64,000 nucleotides of DNA from Vicugna vicugna (taxonomy: Eukaryota). Below the pieces are notes generated by a model. That model made no database searches. It saw nothing but the letters and a program-made list of their open reading frames with translations, and was not told the origin of the DNA. Positions 12,151-26,038 of this stretch are shown piece by piece. Each line of letters starts with the position of its first letter. The stretch's first letter is position 1. Location: NCBI GenBank assembly GCA_013265495.1, contig MU061538.1, forward strand, positions 1,941,339 through 2,005,338, in the 5' to 3' direction. The position numbers were made by a program, and so were the translations under genes.

Positions 12151-13164
12151 GAATGACACCTGGCAGGTTCTCACAGGGATAAATTTGTCAGAAACTGAAA
12201 TACAGACATTCCCTTGCATGGTCTGAACATCCAAAATATTTTTATAGCTTTGTTAGAGCATTTGTGAGATCCTACCTTTTATTCTAGTCATCTGTGAATG
12301 ACTGCATCTCTCTCCTGAAGCCCACCTCTTACTTTGTGCCCCCAGTCCCTACACCACATAGCACAATGTTGTGCTCGCAGGGCATTCTCAACATCTGTGA
12401 AATGAAGAGCATTCGCTCGATAGATGTGTCACTTCTCTCTTGGATCTGTGAGGCGTTTGGGGACTATTTCCACTATTTTGTGAAGACCCTGGGAAAATGA
12501 TGCAATGTCAAGAGAAAAGAGGACTTGTCACCTGTTAACCTCGGTCCGGCTCGCCTGGAGCAGCCTCGCGCACCGCCAGCGCCCACGCCTCCTCCCGGCC
12601 CCCGCACGGTCTCTGCTGCTGCTCGGGCTGCTGGGCACTGTGCACAACACGAGTGGAGGCAGTGTGTTCTGATTGACCAGACGTTCTGGCCACACGAGAG
12701 AACAGCGACATTAGCACTGGGGGCATACTGGAAGATGACATGCTATGCTATCCTCGGGGAGAGGAGTAAAACAGATGATTCAATACCCCTGAACAGATAA
12801 AAATAATAATTATCAGAGGGTATGAAGTGATGGGAGAGAATGAAAGATTACAGTAGCTTAGCACAGAATTAAAGTTAATTAAACAAATGCTGGCCACGCA
12901 TGTGTTTCCATTGATCAATACACACAAAAGGCCTGATGGAAGGAGCCGGGAGCTAATGGGACCAGCTAGCGCCTGCTCCCGCTCCCGCGGGCCCTGAAGA
13001 GGATGCAGACGCCCGCTTCTGCCACTCACGTCCTGGAGGGAAATGAGCCAGCTCCCCGGGTGGGAGCGGGCCTCCCCAGCGCCTCCGCTCACAGCTGCAC
13101 CTCCTGCCCCGAGGAGTCTGGGCCACTGGACTCACTCCTCAGTCCTTCATTTCTAAACCAGACT

Positions 13165-13560
13165 TGCTCGGCCATACAAAGAACCGCCAACCGGGCACTT
13201 CAAGGGGAGTGACTCCCTCACGTTCAGGAGGCCAGCGGTTCAAAACCAAGGTGTTGTCGGCGGTTGGTTCTTTTTTGGGGCCTCAGAGAAGTGAATCCCT
13301 GTCTCTCCCAGCTCCTGTGGGGGCTGGCGGTCCCCGGCATCCCTGGCTGGGAGATGGCCCCACCCCGACCTCTGTCTCCATCGGCACGTGGTCTCCCCAG
13401 CTCTGGGTGTCTGTGTGTCTCTTCCAAGCCCTGTAAGGGCACAGGTCATGTTGGAGTAGGACCCAGCCTAACTGAATAGGACCTCGTCTTAACTGCTCAC
13501 ACCTGCGAAGTCCCTGATGCCAAGTCCAGCTGTGTTTGCCGGTACTGGGGTTATCAACAC
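13165..13560 (-). mobile_element. MLT1-like MaLR LTR remnant
   Basis: ggaggccagcggttcaaaaccaaggtgttg...gacctcgtcttaact...acctgcgaagtccctg. Confidence 0.6.
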
Positions 13561-15384
13561 AACACCCCTCCGGCCTGGCCGCCCTGGGGCCGCCCGGCTG
13601 TCTTCCTGAGTCCCTGAGGCTGAGTGGGCTTGTCCTCCCAGCTTGCCCTCCTGCTGGGCGTCAGGCGATGGGGGTGCTGGACGGGGGCGGGGGGGCCTCT
13701 GCGGCCTCTCTTCAAGGCCGCAGGTTGGGAGGGCCGAGGGCTGCCCTGGCGGGGCTGGTGCTTCCTGCCACACGTCGCAGGGTGGCCGGCAGTGCCCTCG
13801 CCCTCCAGATCAATAGTAAAGGTGTTAGGGAAACGAACCCCAGCACCGACCTCCGTGGCCCTCGAGAAACGAGGCCCCCCCAGCCCCCGCCTGGGTTTGC
13901 AGCTGGACGCCCCGCAGCTCTGAGCTCCGCTTTTTTTTCCAGTACATGAGACCGTTCTCACCCAGGCTGGCGCAGACTGTTTGGCAAGAATCATCTCACA
14001 AGCCTGGTATTAGACAGAGCACGAAGTCTAAGTACATAATGCACTTCGTGATTCTGTTGCACTCCAAACAAGCTGTCAGAACCGCCTGGCATGACTTATC
14101 CTTCATAAATCCCCAGCCTGTTAATTGCTCCTTATTCCGCCGAACAAGAATTGTTTGAATCCACAAATCAGGGAGGAGCGGAGGGATAAAGAGGATGCAT
14201 TTAGAGGATTGCCACTGTTTCCCTGGGACAAAAGGAGCCAGGACTGGCCGTGGGCGCCCCGCAGTCCTCGGGAGGGAGCTGGCGTTCACGTGCTGCAGCT
14301 TTGAGTCTGGTGGTTTTGAACGATTCTGCCCTTGGAAACTTTGAAGGGAAAGCAACTCACTGATTGTCTTTGAGAAGGTGAGACTAGGTGAGAGGCTGCG
14401 CTCTGTGACACTAATTGTTCTAGACACGGTGGCTTGGGGGTGACTCCTTGGTGCTAGAGGAGGCCAGTGGGCTGCCCAGGGCCATGCACGGCAGGTAGAC
14501 ACGCAGGCACCCAGGCAACGCCACGAGGGCAGGGCCGGGGTCACTCCCTCTGGCCCCTACACTCAGGGAAGGGCTTCAGCATCAAGTGGACGTGATTATC
14601 TCTGGCTTCACGTGGATACTAGTTCTGTGACCTTGGGCAAGAGACCTACTTGTGGGGCCTGCATCTGGCGAAGTGGCATGGAGCCCCCAACCTCGATGGG
14701 TGGACAAGACAGGGACGGGAGCCCCGGGGGCCTCCTGGGTGGAGAGCAGGGGATTTCCCTGTAAGAGGCAGCAGGCTGGGAGCACAGGCAGCTGCTGCGT
14801 GTCCACCGTGGAGCCAGCCACGTGGTTCCAGTGGGGAGACGCGGGCCTGGGGCAAATGTCCCATCCTGGGCCCCATAAATCACTGTGTGAATTTCTCAAG
14901 GCCTCGGTTTCCTGGCCTGCAACATGAGATAACAATCCCCACCCCAGCAGGGTGTGGGAGGCTGGACAAGTCACGTGTGTGACGTTCTACCATCAACAAT
15001 GAACTCGATTCACTGCGTGCAGGCCGGTGGTAAAGACAGGGTCTGGGCAGAGGCAGCTCTACCTCCTGGGGATGATGCAGCTGTCTGTGCGTTCACGTGT
15101 GTGTGCACGTGTGCGTGCCAAACACATCTAGGCCTCCTATCACGGCCTCCAGGAGAGAAGAGCTGTTGGCATCCAGAGCAAGGGAGATGCATGCTGCGGG
15201 GGTGAGGGGCGGGGAGCGGGGGGCAGGGGGGAGACACGGAGCCTGGACCACTTCACGTGGGCAGGCGGGGCTGAGCGGGCATCTGAGGATGGAAGTGCAG
15301 TCAGGAGACCACCTGGGCGATGATGGGGGGCGGCTCGCCAGAGTGGGGCTGGGCAAGGGTCTTCTGGAAAGAGACAGACAACTG

Positions 15385-15545
15385 TGTTGTAGACACTGAA
15401 ATTTGAATTTCACGTTGTTTTCATGCATCACAAAATATTGCTCTTTGGATTTTTCCAGCCACTTGTAAATGTAAAAACCAGCGTTGGCTCCTGTACACAA
15501 AACGGGTGATGGCCTGGGGGGCCCCAAGGCCAACCTGCCCCTGTG
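15385..15545. mobile_element. MER58B-like hAT fragment
   Basis: gacactgaaatttgaatttcac...cacaaaatattg...aaatgtaaaaacca. Confidence 0.6.
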
Positions 15546-16275
15546 TGATTTCAGGTGGGGGCCCAGACCCCAGGTCCTGAGAGGGCAGGGACCACCTTAA
15601 TTTTGTTTGCTGCTGTCTCCTCGCAGCTAACTCAGCAGCTGGCACACGCGGGCGCTCGGGAAACTGCAGGCATGTGACTGTTCCCACCGCAGGGCGGTGA
15701 CCTGTGCTGGGCTCTCTGGGCGTGGCTCTCTCCGTGCACCGTCCTCCTGCGCGGGACGGGACCTCGCCCTTGAAACGGTCCGTTTGCTCTCACTTACTTC
15801 TGTGCCCCAGCCCTGTGCTCAGTGCCCGGGGTTCAGCGGATGCTCATGGCCTCTGCGATCACAGAGCCCAGCAGCCACGTCCCTGAAAGCTTCCCTCCAT
15901 CCTCAGCCCAGGCTCCTGGAAGAGCCTGGAAGAGCGGCGGGCCGGGATTCCTTCCCTTCAGGAGCTTTAGGCGGAGTATTTCTCACCCCTGGCTTAGTAG
16001 TGTAGCCCCCCCCCCAAGATCTGGGTGTTAGCCAGCAGAAAGACAATGTTTCTCCAAATGCACAGAGAATCAGGAATGAAGAGATTTAATGTTACCTCTT
16101 GGGATGGTTAATTTTTAAATAGTGAAAAAGTAACTTGGCTCAAATGGAACAAATGCTCTCACATCTGTCTCCTTTTAAGGGACACTGGCGGAGGGCACAG
16201 GGGCAGCACGTGGTGTGAAGGACTAAGGAGAGGCCGGCGGTCGCTGCCCAGTGGCGCTGAGGACCGCCTCCAGGC

Positions 16276-16306
16276 TGTGATGCTGTGATGCTGTGATGCT
16301 GTGATG
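16276..16306. repeat. (TGTGATGC)~4 tandem repeat
   Basis: Read directly from the sequence. Confidence 0.85.
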
Positions 16307-18599
16307 GGGCTTCCTGCCGACGTGATAAATCTGAACCGTTGTTCCTCCACGGTCCACCCTCAACTTGGAGCGGTTCATGTGTTGAACGTGGGCCATGCCC
16401 TAAACGTCTGAAGTGAGGGAGCCGCGAGGCACAGATTCTCACGGGTCTTTGCGCCCCAGCCTGGGCTGCCTGTGAGGCCGGTGCCCCCAGAAAGGCCTGT
16501 GATGGGGCTGGGCGTGCGGGGGGCACACAAGGCGGCCTCAGTCCCAGTCCCCCGTGGATGAAGGCGGGACGGGACAGAGCCTGTGGTCAGGACGCCACCA
16601 CGGTGAGGGGATCCCCTCGCACGTCGGAGCCCCACTGCCGGGGGGAGACAGCGCTCGCTGAACGCTCAGTTTGTGAGCAGCTGACAGGGAGACTCACCGT
16701 CGCGCGTGGCCCTCCATGAGGAAAACAGAACAAAACAAACAGAGACGTTTTCTCTGACAGGAACAAGGCTGACTTGTGAACAGACTCTCCGTCCTCCTGC
16801 AGCCGGAGGTTGGGCGGGGTCTGGATCAGGCCCACGCTTGGGCCCGTTCTCGTGAGGCCGGGAGAGCGACTGTACACCTGGGCCCTCAAATCGTCAGCAA
16901 AGCAAAGACAGGTGACCTTCCCTCTGGCCCTGCGGAGTGGCGGCTTCCCACACGCTCCAAGAGTTTACGAGTGACCCACCCCAGGCCGTCACACGTCTGG
17001 TCACCTCCCAGGACTGACTGGGTCAAAACTGAGTGTTTCTGAGACAAAGAAACTTCTGACCCAGCGGGAGATGCAGCACCTGAAATGTCGTGTTCGAGCC
17101 AGCTCCAAACTGCCTGCCTTGGGTGACCCCAGTTTGGGGCATCAGAGGACACACTGCCCCTTTCTCTCCCTACAGTTTCTAACGCAAGTACCCGTGGCCC
17201 GCGGGGCCGGGGCCGGAAGGGATGTGCACTCACGCGGGCTTCCAGCCCAGAGAGCTTTCCCCGGCGATGGAGGGTCCCCACAAGTCACCCCTCGGGCAGC
17301 ACCCACCCCTGGCGCGGGGCTGGGGGCCAGAGGGAAGGTCAGACATGCACAAGAGAAGAGTAACGCCAGGGAGAAAGAGCCTCAGAGCATTTCAGGAGAC
17401 GTCCAGCCTTGTGACACAGTGACAGCGCTCTCTCTCAAGACAGGCGCCCAGGACCGGCTGCGGTGCCCCCGCCGCCCCCCGGGCTCCTCTCTGCTTCTCT
17501 GCGTGTGGATGAAAGATCTCTGTCTTGGAACTGTGTCTGCTCCTTCGTGATCTGCCGTCTCACGGAGCTCGGCGCTCATCAAGGTCATGGGGGCGCAAGG
17601 CTCTCCCAGGGGTGCCGCTGGGTCTGAGGACGGAGGTGTCTTTTCCAGGAGGTCATCCCTGATGTGTTTCTGAGGCCCGGCCTTTTCATCGATGTCTCTC
17701 TGTCCTGAACAGCCCTCCCTCCAGTCTCTGCTCTTTCCAGGCAGAGCACAGAAGCAGCAAACAGAAAAGTCAGTGCAGGTGTTACCCACTCGCCACCACC
17801 GCCATGACCGCCATCAGAGGGATGCTAGGTAGCACCGCTCTGTCCTGAGCACGCGGCTGCCGAGGGCCTCGGGAGAAGGGAGTCTAACGCAGCGGGTCCT
17901 GGGAGGTGGCCAGGGCCCTGGGGTGCCACGGCTGCTGGTCCAGGGACCACACTTCGAGTACCTCGCACCTAGATGCCTGAGCCGGCAGCTCTGGGATGCT
18001 GAGAAGATGGGAAGCGAAGGAAGGGGCGAGTGGTCCCCAGGCTAATTTCCCGAGGCGCCCAGCCTCGACGTCACCGGACTGCCCTGCGTCTCGTCGGCAA
18101 GGAGAGCATGGGAATCTGCCTGTGCTCCTTAGGTCCCTTCCCTTTAAAGGCGCTGACAAGCGAAAGCCGTCGGCGCCCACCAGGGGGAAAGTCGCCCTCA
18201 CCCCGTGCGTTCATTTGTCACGTCAAACTCCTGGAGGCCTTGCCTATCCCTTACTTGACCTGGTCGGGCACCTGAGAACAGGTGTTGTTTTCCTTCCAGG
18301 TTCGCAGGCAAGGACTCTGGAAGAGCCAGGAGGCCAGCGTCCGGCTCAGCCCACAGCAGGTTGTGGGTGGTGCCAGACCAGCGTGGCAGCGTCTGGGGGG
18401 CCTGCGGCAGAACCCCGGGCTCAGACGGGATCATCGCACACGTGCACGGCTGCAGACCAGCATGATCGCGCGCTGCTCCGTGTCCCCTCAGGGTGTCAGC
18501 CCTCCAGCAGCCCCCGGCCTCCTCTCTGGACGTATTCAGCTTGATGCGCTTGGTGGCAGCCAGCGAGGAGGCTTCAGGCAGGGGCTTCGCGCTCTGGGA

Positions 18600-18985
18600 C
18601 CGTGTTAGGGCTCAGGCTCGGACTGTGTTCGTCCCACGGACCAGGTGGCTTCACAACAGAAACCCATTGTCCCCCGGTCCCTGAGGCTGGAACTCCCAAC
18701 GCAAGGAGTGGGAAGGCTGCTTCCTCCTGGGGCCACACACCTCTCTCCTTGGTGTGTGGACACCGTCTTCTCCCTGTGTCCCTGCATGGTCATCCCTCTT
18801 GCAGGTCTGTGTCCTGACCTCTTCTTATAAGGACGCCAGTCCTCTGGGATCAGAGCCCACCCTAGTGACCTCGTTTCACTTTAATCACCTCTTTAAAGGC
18901 CACATCACCAAATAAGGTCATGTTCTGAGGTCCTGGGGGTTAGGGCCTCTACCTAGGAACTGTGGTGTGGCCCTACCCAGTCACC
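18600..18985 (-). mobile_element. MLT1B-like MaLR LTR
   Basis: ggcttcacaacagaaa...ctcttcttataaggacgccagtc...ccaaataaggtcatgttctgaggtcctgggggttaggg. Confidence 0.75.
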
Positions 18986-19620
18986 TGGTGGAGGACAGCC
19001 ACGTGTCCACGGACAAGCAGACTGAGCAGCTAGGTACCAACTCTGGCCCTGCCCCCTGACACCCAGGCAAGGCCTGTCTGTGCCTCAGTCTCCCCATCTG
19101 ACAAGTGGGGGCTTTACAGCAGGGCCGCAGGGTCTTCCTGGCTGTCGTGCCTGCCTCGCTGGGTCCTCAGCTCCAGAAGCTGGAGAGTGTGGAGAGATGG
19201 CCCTGCCGCGTGACGGTTGTGGCAGGAAGTCTCCAGGGCCTGGCTCCTCCCCTGGGAAAGGGGACGAAAAACACTTACCCTGTCCCTCTCAGAGTACTGC
19301 TTCAGGGCAGAACAAGGTAAGATGTATCCCCAAACTAAATTTTAACAAATATTCAGAGAGCTTCTGCCATGGCTCATGATGGCCAGGAGCTCCTCTTTTA
19401 AACCTGCCCTCGGGATGCAGGCATCTTTGAACCCTTCTCCCGTGACAGTGGATGTAAGTTTTGATGCCTCCTTCTTAAGTGTGCCTTCATCCAGTGACAG
19501 TCAATAGACAGTCCTCAGTCTCCTGGATGTGATCGAGCCATCCTGTCCCCAAGTGATAAAGACAGTGCACCCGACAGTGTGTGCTGTGCTCTGATCTTGT
19601 GCAAAAAAAACAAGGAAGCC

Positions 19621-19766
19621 GGGGAGGGTAGAGCTCAGTGGTAGGGCGCGTGCTTAGCATGCACGAGGTCCTGGGTTCAATCCCCAGGACCTCCGTTTCA
19701 ATAAATAAATAAATGAATAAATAAACTTAATTACCCACCTCCAAATTTTTAAAAAAAATAATAAAA
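19621..19766 (+). mobile_element. tRNA-derived SINE (Vic-1-like)
   Basis: ggggagggtagagctcagtggtag...ctgggttcaatcccc (A/B boxes), then (aaat)n and an A-rich tail. Confidence 0.85.
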
Positions 19767-22700
19767 AGGGATTGTTTCAGACCCTTTAAAATAAAATTTA
19801 AATAAATAAAATAGAGATTTGCTTTAGGAAAAGAGAAGGAGGGATGCTCACAGACGCACACACGGACACACACGCACCCATGTATATATACACTTGCAGA
19901 GGGACGACACATGCACACACACTCTCATCACACCCACATTCATGCAAACACACACAGAGGTGCCCTTAGAATGTTCCTGGATGAAGGAGAACTGAGCTTT
20001 CAGGTCTGGGGTAGGCAGCAGCCTTACTTTTTAGTCTATCCTTTTGTCGCTTTTGGATTCAAAATAAATCAAGTCAAGGTGTTACTTTTCCTACTTAAAA
20101 GTGTTTTTAAAGACGGAGAGCGCTTTCTCTGCCAGCGGGAACCAGTGTGTGCGTGCAGGTTTCCGCAGTGGTGGAGACGGGGCACCCCGAGTTTCTCAAC
20201 TTATCCCATTCTTTGTCCTTTTCCTCCGAGCCCTCTAACGTGTTCTAAGGAAACCGCCCATTTGCCCACAAGTATACAGATGGCGAAGCTGGGGAACGCC
20301 ACAACAGATGCCCGAAGTGGGACTTTCCCCCTTTGCTATTCCGGGGACGTGTTTCCAAGAGGTGGTTAGAAATTGATAACCATTACATTTTCAGTAACAA
20401 GACGACGAAAGACGCAGTTTTGGGAGGGGGGCGAAAGCCTGTGAATAAGGATGCAGATTTTGCATCAATGTGACCTTCCGCTCAGCTGGCAGACCAGGAG
20501 TCAACAGTAACATCAACTAATATTTACTGGACCTCTTCCAGGCACACAGGCTTTTTCAAGTATTTCTTTTAATTGTTATTCAGAATCACAGAAGTCTCCT
20601 TAAAAAATCTGAATTGGAGAGGTGTGTTTGTCCGACAGGGAGATGGAGTTCAATAGATATTTGCTGAATGAACAAACGCACATCAGCCCTATCAGTGCCG
20701 CAGTCCCCCTGCCTCTGCCCTTTTAAGCACTGTCACTTCTTTCTATCACTTTTTTTTAATCTGCAAAATCCTTCCGGGGTAAGCCAGCAGAGGTCAAAGC
20801 TCAGAAGCGGCGTGAAAAGGGCGTCCTAAATCCTCCCTTAGAGTGATTTTTAACAAAGGTTGAAAAATTGTAACATTTTTCACACGGAGAGCTGTATTTC
20901 TTTCCAGTTCCCCTAAAATGTTTGAAAACTAACTATTTTAAGACTAATAGAATACTTCTTAAAATGAGAAATCAAATGCAAATGCCAATTTTGTATTTAA
21001 TAATGAAAATAAAGTGTTGTTTTAACTTTAGGAAAAAAAGTCAAATTGAGTTAGATGACCCCAAATTGGAGTTCATTAATGGTGATCCATTATGCAATTT
21101 TTCTACACTTTTACCTTTTCTATACTGTTAAGTTGAAAACAGGTTCCAGAATAAAAAAACTATGATTGAAATTTTAACAGTTTTGAATCCTGGGGGAAAT
21201 TCCCCCCCAATCACATTGTTCTAATTTTTATTATTTTTATTTTTCTCACAACCTGAGCATATACTTTCTGTTGACATAATGTTCCCATGAATAAGAATAG
21301 GAAACACAAAATGCTTCATTTCAAATGATAAGGATGACTTTTTCCCATTATTCAAATTAAAGGAGGCAAAACTTTGATGTTATTTTCATAAATTTACTGT
21401 GTCATTTATGGTAAATTGTGCTGGAATCTTTGTATTTTTGCCCCCAAGGTTTTATTGATTGCACAAATTCACCTGTTTTAACACTGAATTTATGTGACTG
21501 GAAAAACTAATATTAATTCTGTTGTATGTTGGCTGGCTTTGGCTGTCTGAACAAAGGCTACTGAAAATCTCTTATTGATTAAGCCCAGATGGGATTCATT
21601 TTTTCTGATACACAGAACACTGGAAAATGTATCAGCCAGTATTCTTCCTCACTGAAATGAGCTTCTTTAGATTTCTAATTATATTATCTAATAAAACTAA
21701 ACAGTCAATGCTATTTGCATATTATATGAAGAAGTGTCATGCAACAAACTCATAGCAGTCAATTAACATAAAAGCTAATTACATATCTCATCAACTTACT
21801 AGAGTTTCTGGATTCATGCTTTCCCTGCTATAGCCTAGAGCAAAGGAGGTTTGAATTTTCACTTCTAAATATTGACTTTTAACTAATATCAGAAGTGATT
21901 TCAATTTTTTTAATGGATGAAAAGTTCGTGATTAAACAAGATGAAATATTTGCTGTAACGCTATTACAATTTTTACATTAACTAAACCTCTAGAAAGAAA
22001 ATCTTCGCAACAATGTGAAACGATTTATCAGTCACTAAACAGGCTGAATACTGGTTTCACATCTGAGGGAGGTTCCAAAGTAACAGCGAAGATAAGTGAG
22101 ATTTATTTGAGATTGCCAGACTGTTGTGAAAAAGACAGATATGCCACAAGGACAGTGTCCACGTCCAACTGTACACTGTAACATAATTGTGTTCCTGCCT
22201 GATTGTGATAGCTATCAAGCAAGAAATTTGTTACAAGATTAACAGAGACACAGTAATGAAGGAACATGAGAAGCACCCTGTAATTGACTGTTATTAAAGT
22301 GTTGTCATAGCGGTCTGGAATAAATCCCTAACTCCAGTTTTCTCGAGAAAACAAAGCCAAAACTTTCAAATACTCTTTTCCATTTTCAAGCTGGGATACC
22401 AGTACCTCCTCCCACCCGCATTTCATCGCTTACATAACAAACACATGGTCAGAAGAGCCCCAAAGGGGGGGGGGGAAAGACGCTATGTATACTGAGCACG
22501 GTTCAGAGCTGTAGCTAGGTTTCAAAGTGCGAAGAGTCGGTATTTACTGTGATGAACGTGCTTCAAGATAGCAGCGAAATTGTAACAGATCGTTTTTGTA
22601 TTTATAACTTATACCAAATGAGTCCTGTGTAAAAGTAATGGCTGATAAGAAAACCGCATTAGTGGGTCGGTTTTCTTCTGATACAGCGATGGCGGCCTTT

Positions 22701-24429
22701 TCATTCATATTTTAATGAGGTTAGTATCTCCGAGACCCTCCTTCCAGAGTGTAGGCAGTGCTCCCCTAAGATTACAACAGGAGTTGCTTTGTTGACAAGC
22801 ACTATTCAAAATCTTCGTAGTATAGAAAGAAAGACTTCGTTTTATTCCACTTGCCCCAATACTTATTGCACTCTTCTAATCAAAACACTCTGAGGGGAGA
22901 AAAGGGCTCAACTATTCCATGAACAGTCTTTAAATTTACTGAAGGTGGTTCAGCTACGCGGAATCATTTTAAGCTCTGACATTGTGCATTTTAGTAAATG
23001 TGGGAAGAGCTGCAGTGCGCAAGCATCTTTTTCTTTGAAATTTTCTCCCCAAATCGGATGCTTAGATTGGGATTTTAAATCAGTTTTTAATGTTTTTTTC
23101 TTTAAAACAAACACTAATAGCCTCATGTTGGGTATTTTCTTTTCTTGTTTTCAGTGAAGACTGTAAACGGCATTTTTCTGAGCTTTCTGCCAGCAACATT
23201 TTCTACTCTTTCTATTAAAGAATGTTTACTCAAAAGAGCCAGCGAATTACACCAAAAAGCCTCTTAGCCTTCCAAGGTGTATAAAACCAGCAAAGTTCAC
23301 GTGTTGATCCCTAGATACAACGTACTTGCATTAAAATGGTACAAAACGACTCTATTCGAACGTGTAAAATTCCACTTTCAAAACAAGAAAAAGCACCCCG
23401 TCTGGTGGAACGTTACATGTGAGGGCTGTTTTCAAAACGCACCAGCCCAGGAAACACATAAGATGGCTCTTGAAAGTCAGCTGTGAAAGGTCTCACACAT
23501 TCACACCCTGACTTGTTCAGATCTTATATATTCAGAAATCTTTGCACGCAGCTCAGGATGTGAGGTCAGCCTTGAAGAACCAGTTTCCAGAGCGGCCTCA
23601 GCTCAGCGTGAGAGGCTGGGGTGCACTGGGGCTGTGTCCTGGGCTCCGGGTGCGCCCTCCCGGCCGCCGGAGCCTCTCCCTCGTGTGACACCTCCTCCCC
23701 CTCAGTGTCTGCGGTGCGACTGGGGAAGGAGGCGGTCAGGGAAGGGGGGAGAGAATAGATTCTTGATTACAGTTAGATTTTTTAAATGAAAGAGCCAGCT
23801 CTTCACTTTGAGGTAAAATGCTGCTTTGCTGACATCCAGAAGGTATTATGAGTGAACTTACATGGATCAGATAAGGAAATATACTAAGGTGCTTGTGTGG
23901 CAGGAAAAAGCCACAATTGTCCTGTTAACGATCTGCTTGATGAGCTGTAATTTAAGGATTTACCTCTGTTTTCTAGCTTTTCAGTCTCAATACAGATTTA
24001 ATCGTTAGTTTCTGTAAGTTGATAAAACAGATTTTCAGTTTGTTAACCTTTTTTTTTTTTTTTGGTTTGGTTTTACAACGATGCTTAAGTGGCACAATTA
24101 AAGGTGCAAATGAAGCACAGCTTGTGTCTGGAGTGTGCGCTTTAAGCCACTCACTTTAGGCATTTAGACATTTTTAAAAAATAAAACCCTCGCGTTAAAA
24201 AAAACCCGATATTTTAGCGAATACATAATGCTGTGGTACATTCCAGTTTAATTAACTATTAAACCACAAAGTTGAATGCGTGGGCCTTGAAAGCAGTTCG
24301 TAATCCAGCTCAAGTCAAGTTTTGGGGGAGAAGGCGGGATATTATCATGGCGCACGTGGCGAGGGGAGCTGAAAGTTAATTAGTGGTGTTTCTCTTTTGC
24401 TCTCCGCCCCCCCCCCCAAGTTGATTCCT

Positions 24430-25290
24430 TACTGAGACTGGGGGGTTACGGTGGCGATGCTCGAGCGGGTTTTTGCTGGAAGCAGGCTTACGGCGCAGAG
24501 GCGCGCCGCACCCCGGGCTCTGGGAACCGCGGCGGGCGCGGACCCGCGGCCAGATGGCGGGGAGGGCGGCGCGGAGGCCTTTGTGCGCCCGGAGCGCGCA
24601 TGTGAATGCCGCGCGGTCGCTGGCACCGGAAGGGTTCACACTGCGTCTGAAAGGGGACAATGGAGGCTGGAGAGATCAACATCGCAGAAATCGAGTTCAT
24701 TTGTGATTCAGCCCCTTTCACCATGGTTGTCATGCAAACTTCCTACTTTGATCAGCAGAGGGTGGAGAGGGAGAAAGCCCGCAAAGGCCGGGGCCGCGGC
24801 GCGTCCTCGTCGCCCTTGGCGGGTCCCCGCCCCCTTCCGGAAGGAGCCGCGGGGACGCCGCATCCTGCACCTTGACCTGTCTAGACGGCCCCCGAGTTTT
24901 TGTCCTGGTTACCAAGGGCGAGGGGTGCTCTTTGACCCCCGCGCGGGGCGGAGGTGGTGGCCACAGGGTCCTCTGAATCCTCGCTGGATTCCGGAGGGAG
25001 AGGGGCGCGCGGAGACGGGCACCAGCTGTTCCAAAGACGGCGCAGCCGCGCCCGCGAGCCGGGATGTTCCGTAAGCCTGGCTTTTCCCTGCCCCTGCCCT
25101 GTCCCTGTCCCTGCTCTGTCCCTGCTCCTGCCCTACCGGCCTGCAGCCGCCGCGGAGGGGCCCACGGCGCGCGGGGCGCAAAACTCGTGGCTTCGCCCAG
25201 CTTGCGCTGCGCTGGAGGAGAGTTCTGACACCAGACCCGGGCGCTCCCCCTGGCTCTGTCTGTCTGTCTGTCTGTCTCTCGCACGAAAAT
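24430..25290. promoter_or_regulatory. CpG island in the CNPY1 intron just upstream of the 25613 exon
   Basis: Dense CpG/GC content with GC boxes inside an otherwise AT-rich domain. Confidence 0.8.
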
Positions 25291-25459
25291 AGATCATAAC
25301 AGCCATTTTCTGGCCCTAATGGATTATTCTGCATATTCAATGACTTTTCAAACTTATGGCAAGTATAGTTTCTAGTTTGAATGTAAGTTTTTCTTCTGTC
25401 TACGTTCAACCCCCAGGCGCTTTTTGAAAGCCAGAATTTAAGCTAACCTCTCAAGTTAG

Positions 25460-26038
<579 letters not shown>

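Noticed and set aside
19621..19694. tRNA-Ala-like gene (also at 29820-29891, 33108-33181, 39334-39405, 52203-52277)
   Set aside because: A-rich tails, target-site duplications and divergent copies indicate SINEs rather than functional tRNA genes.
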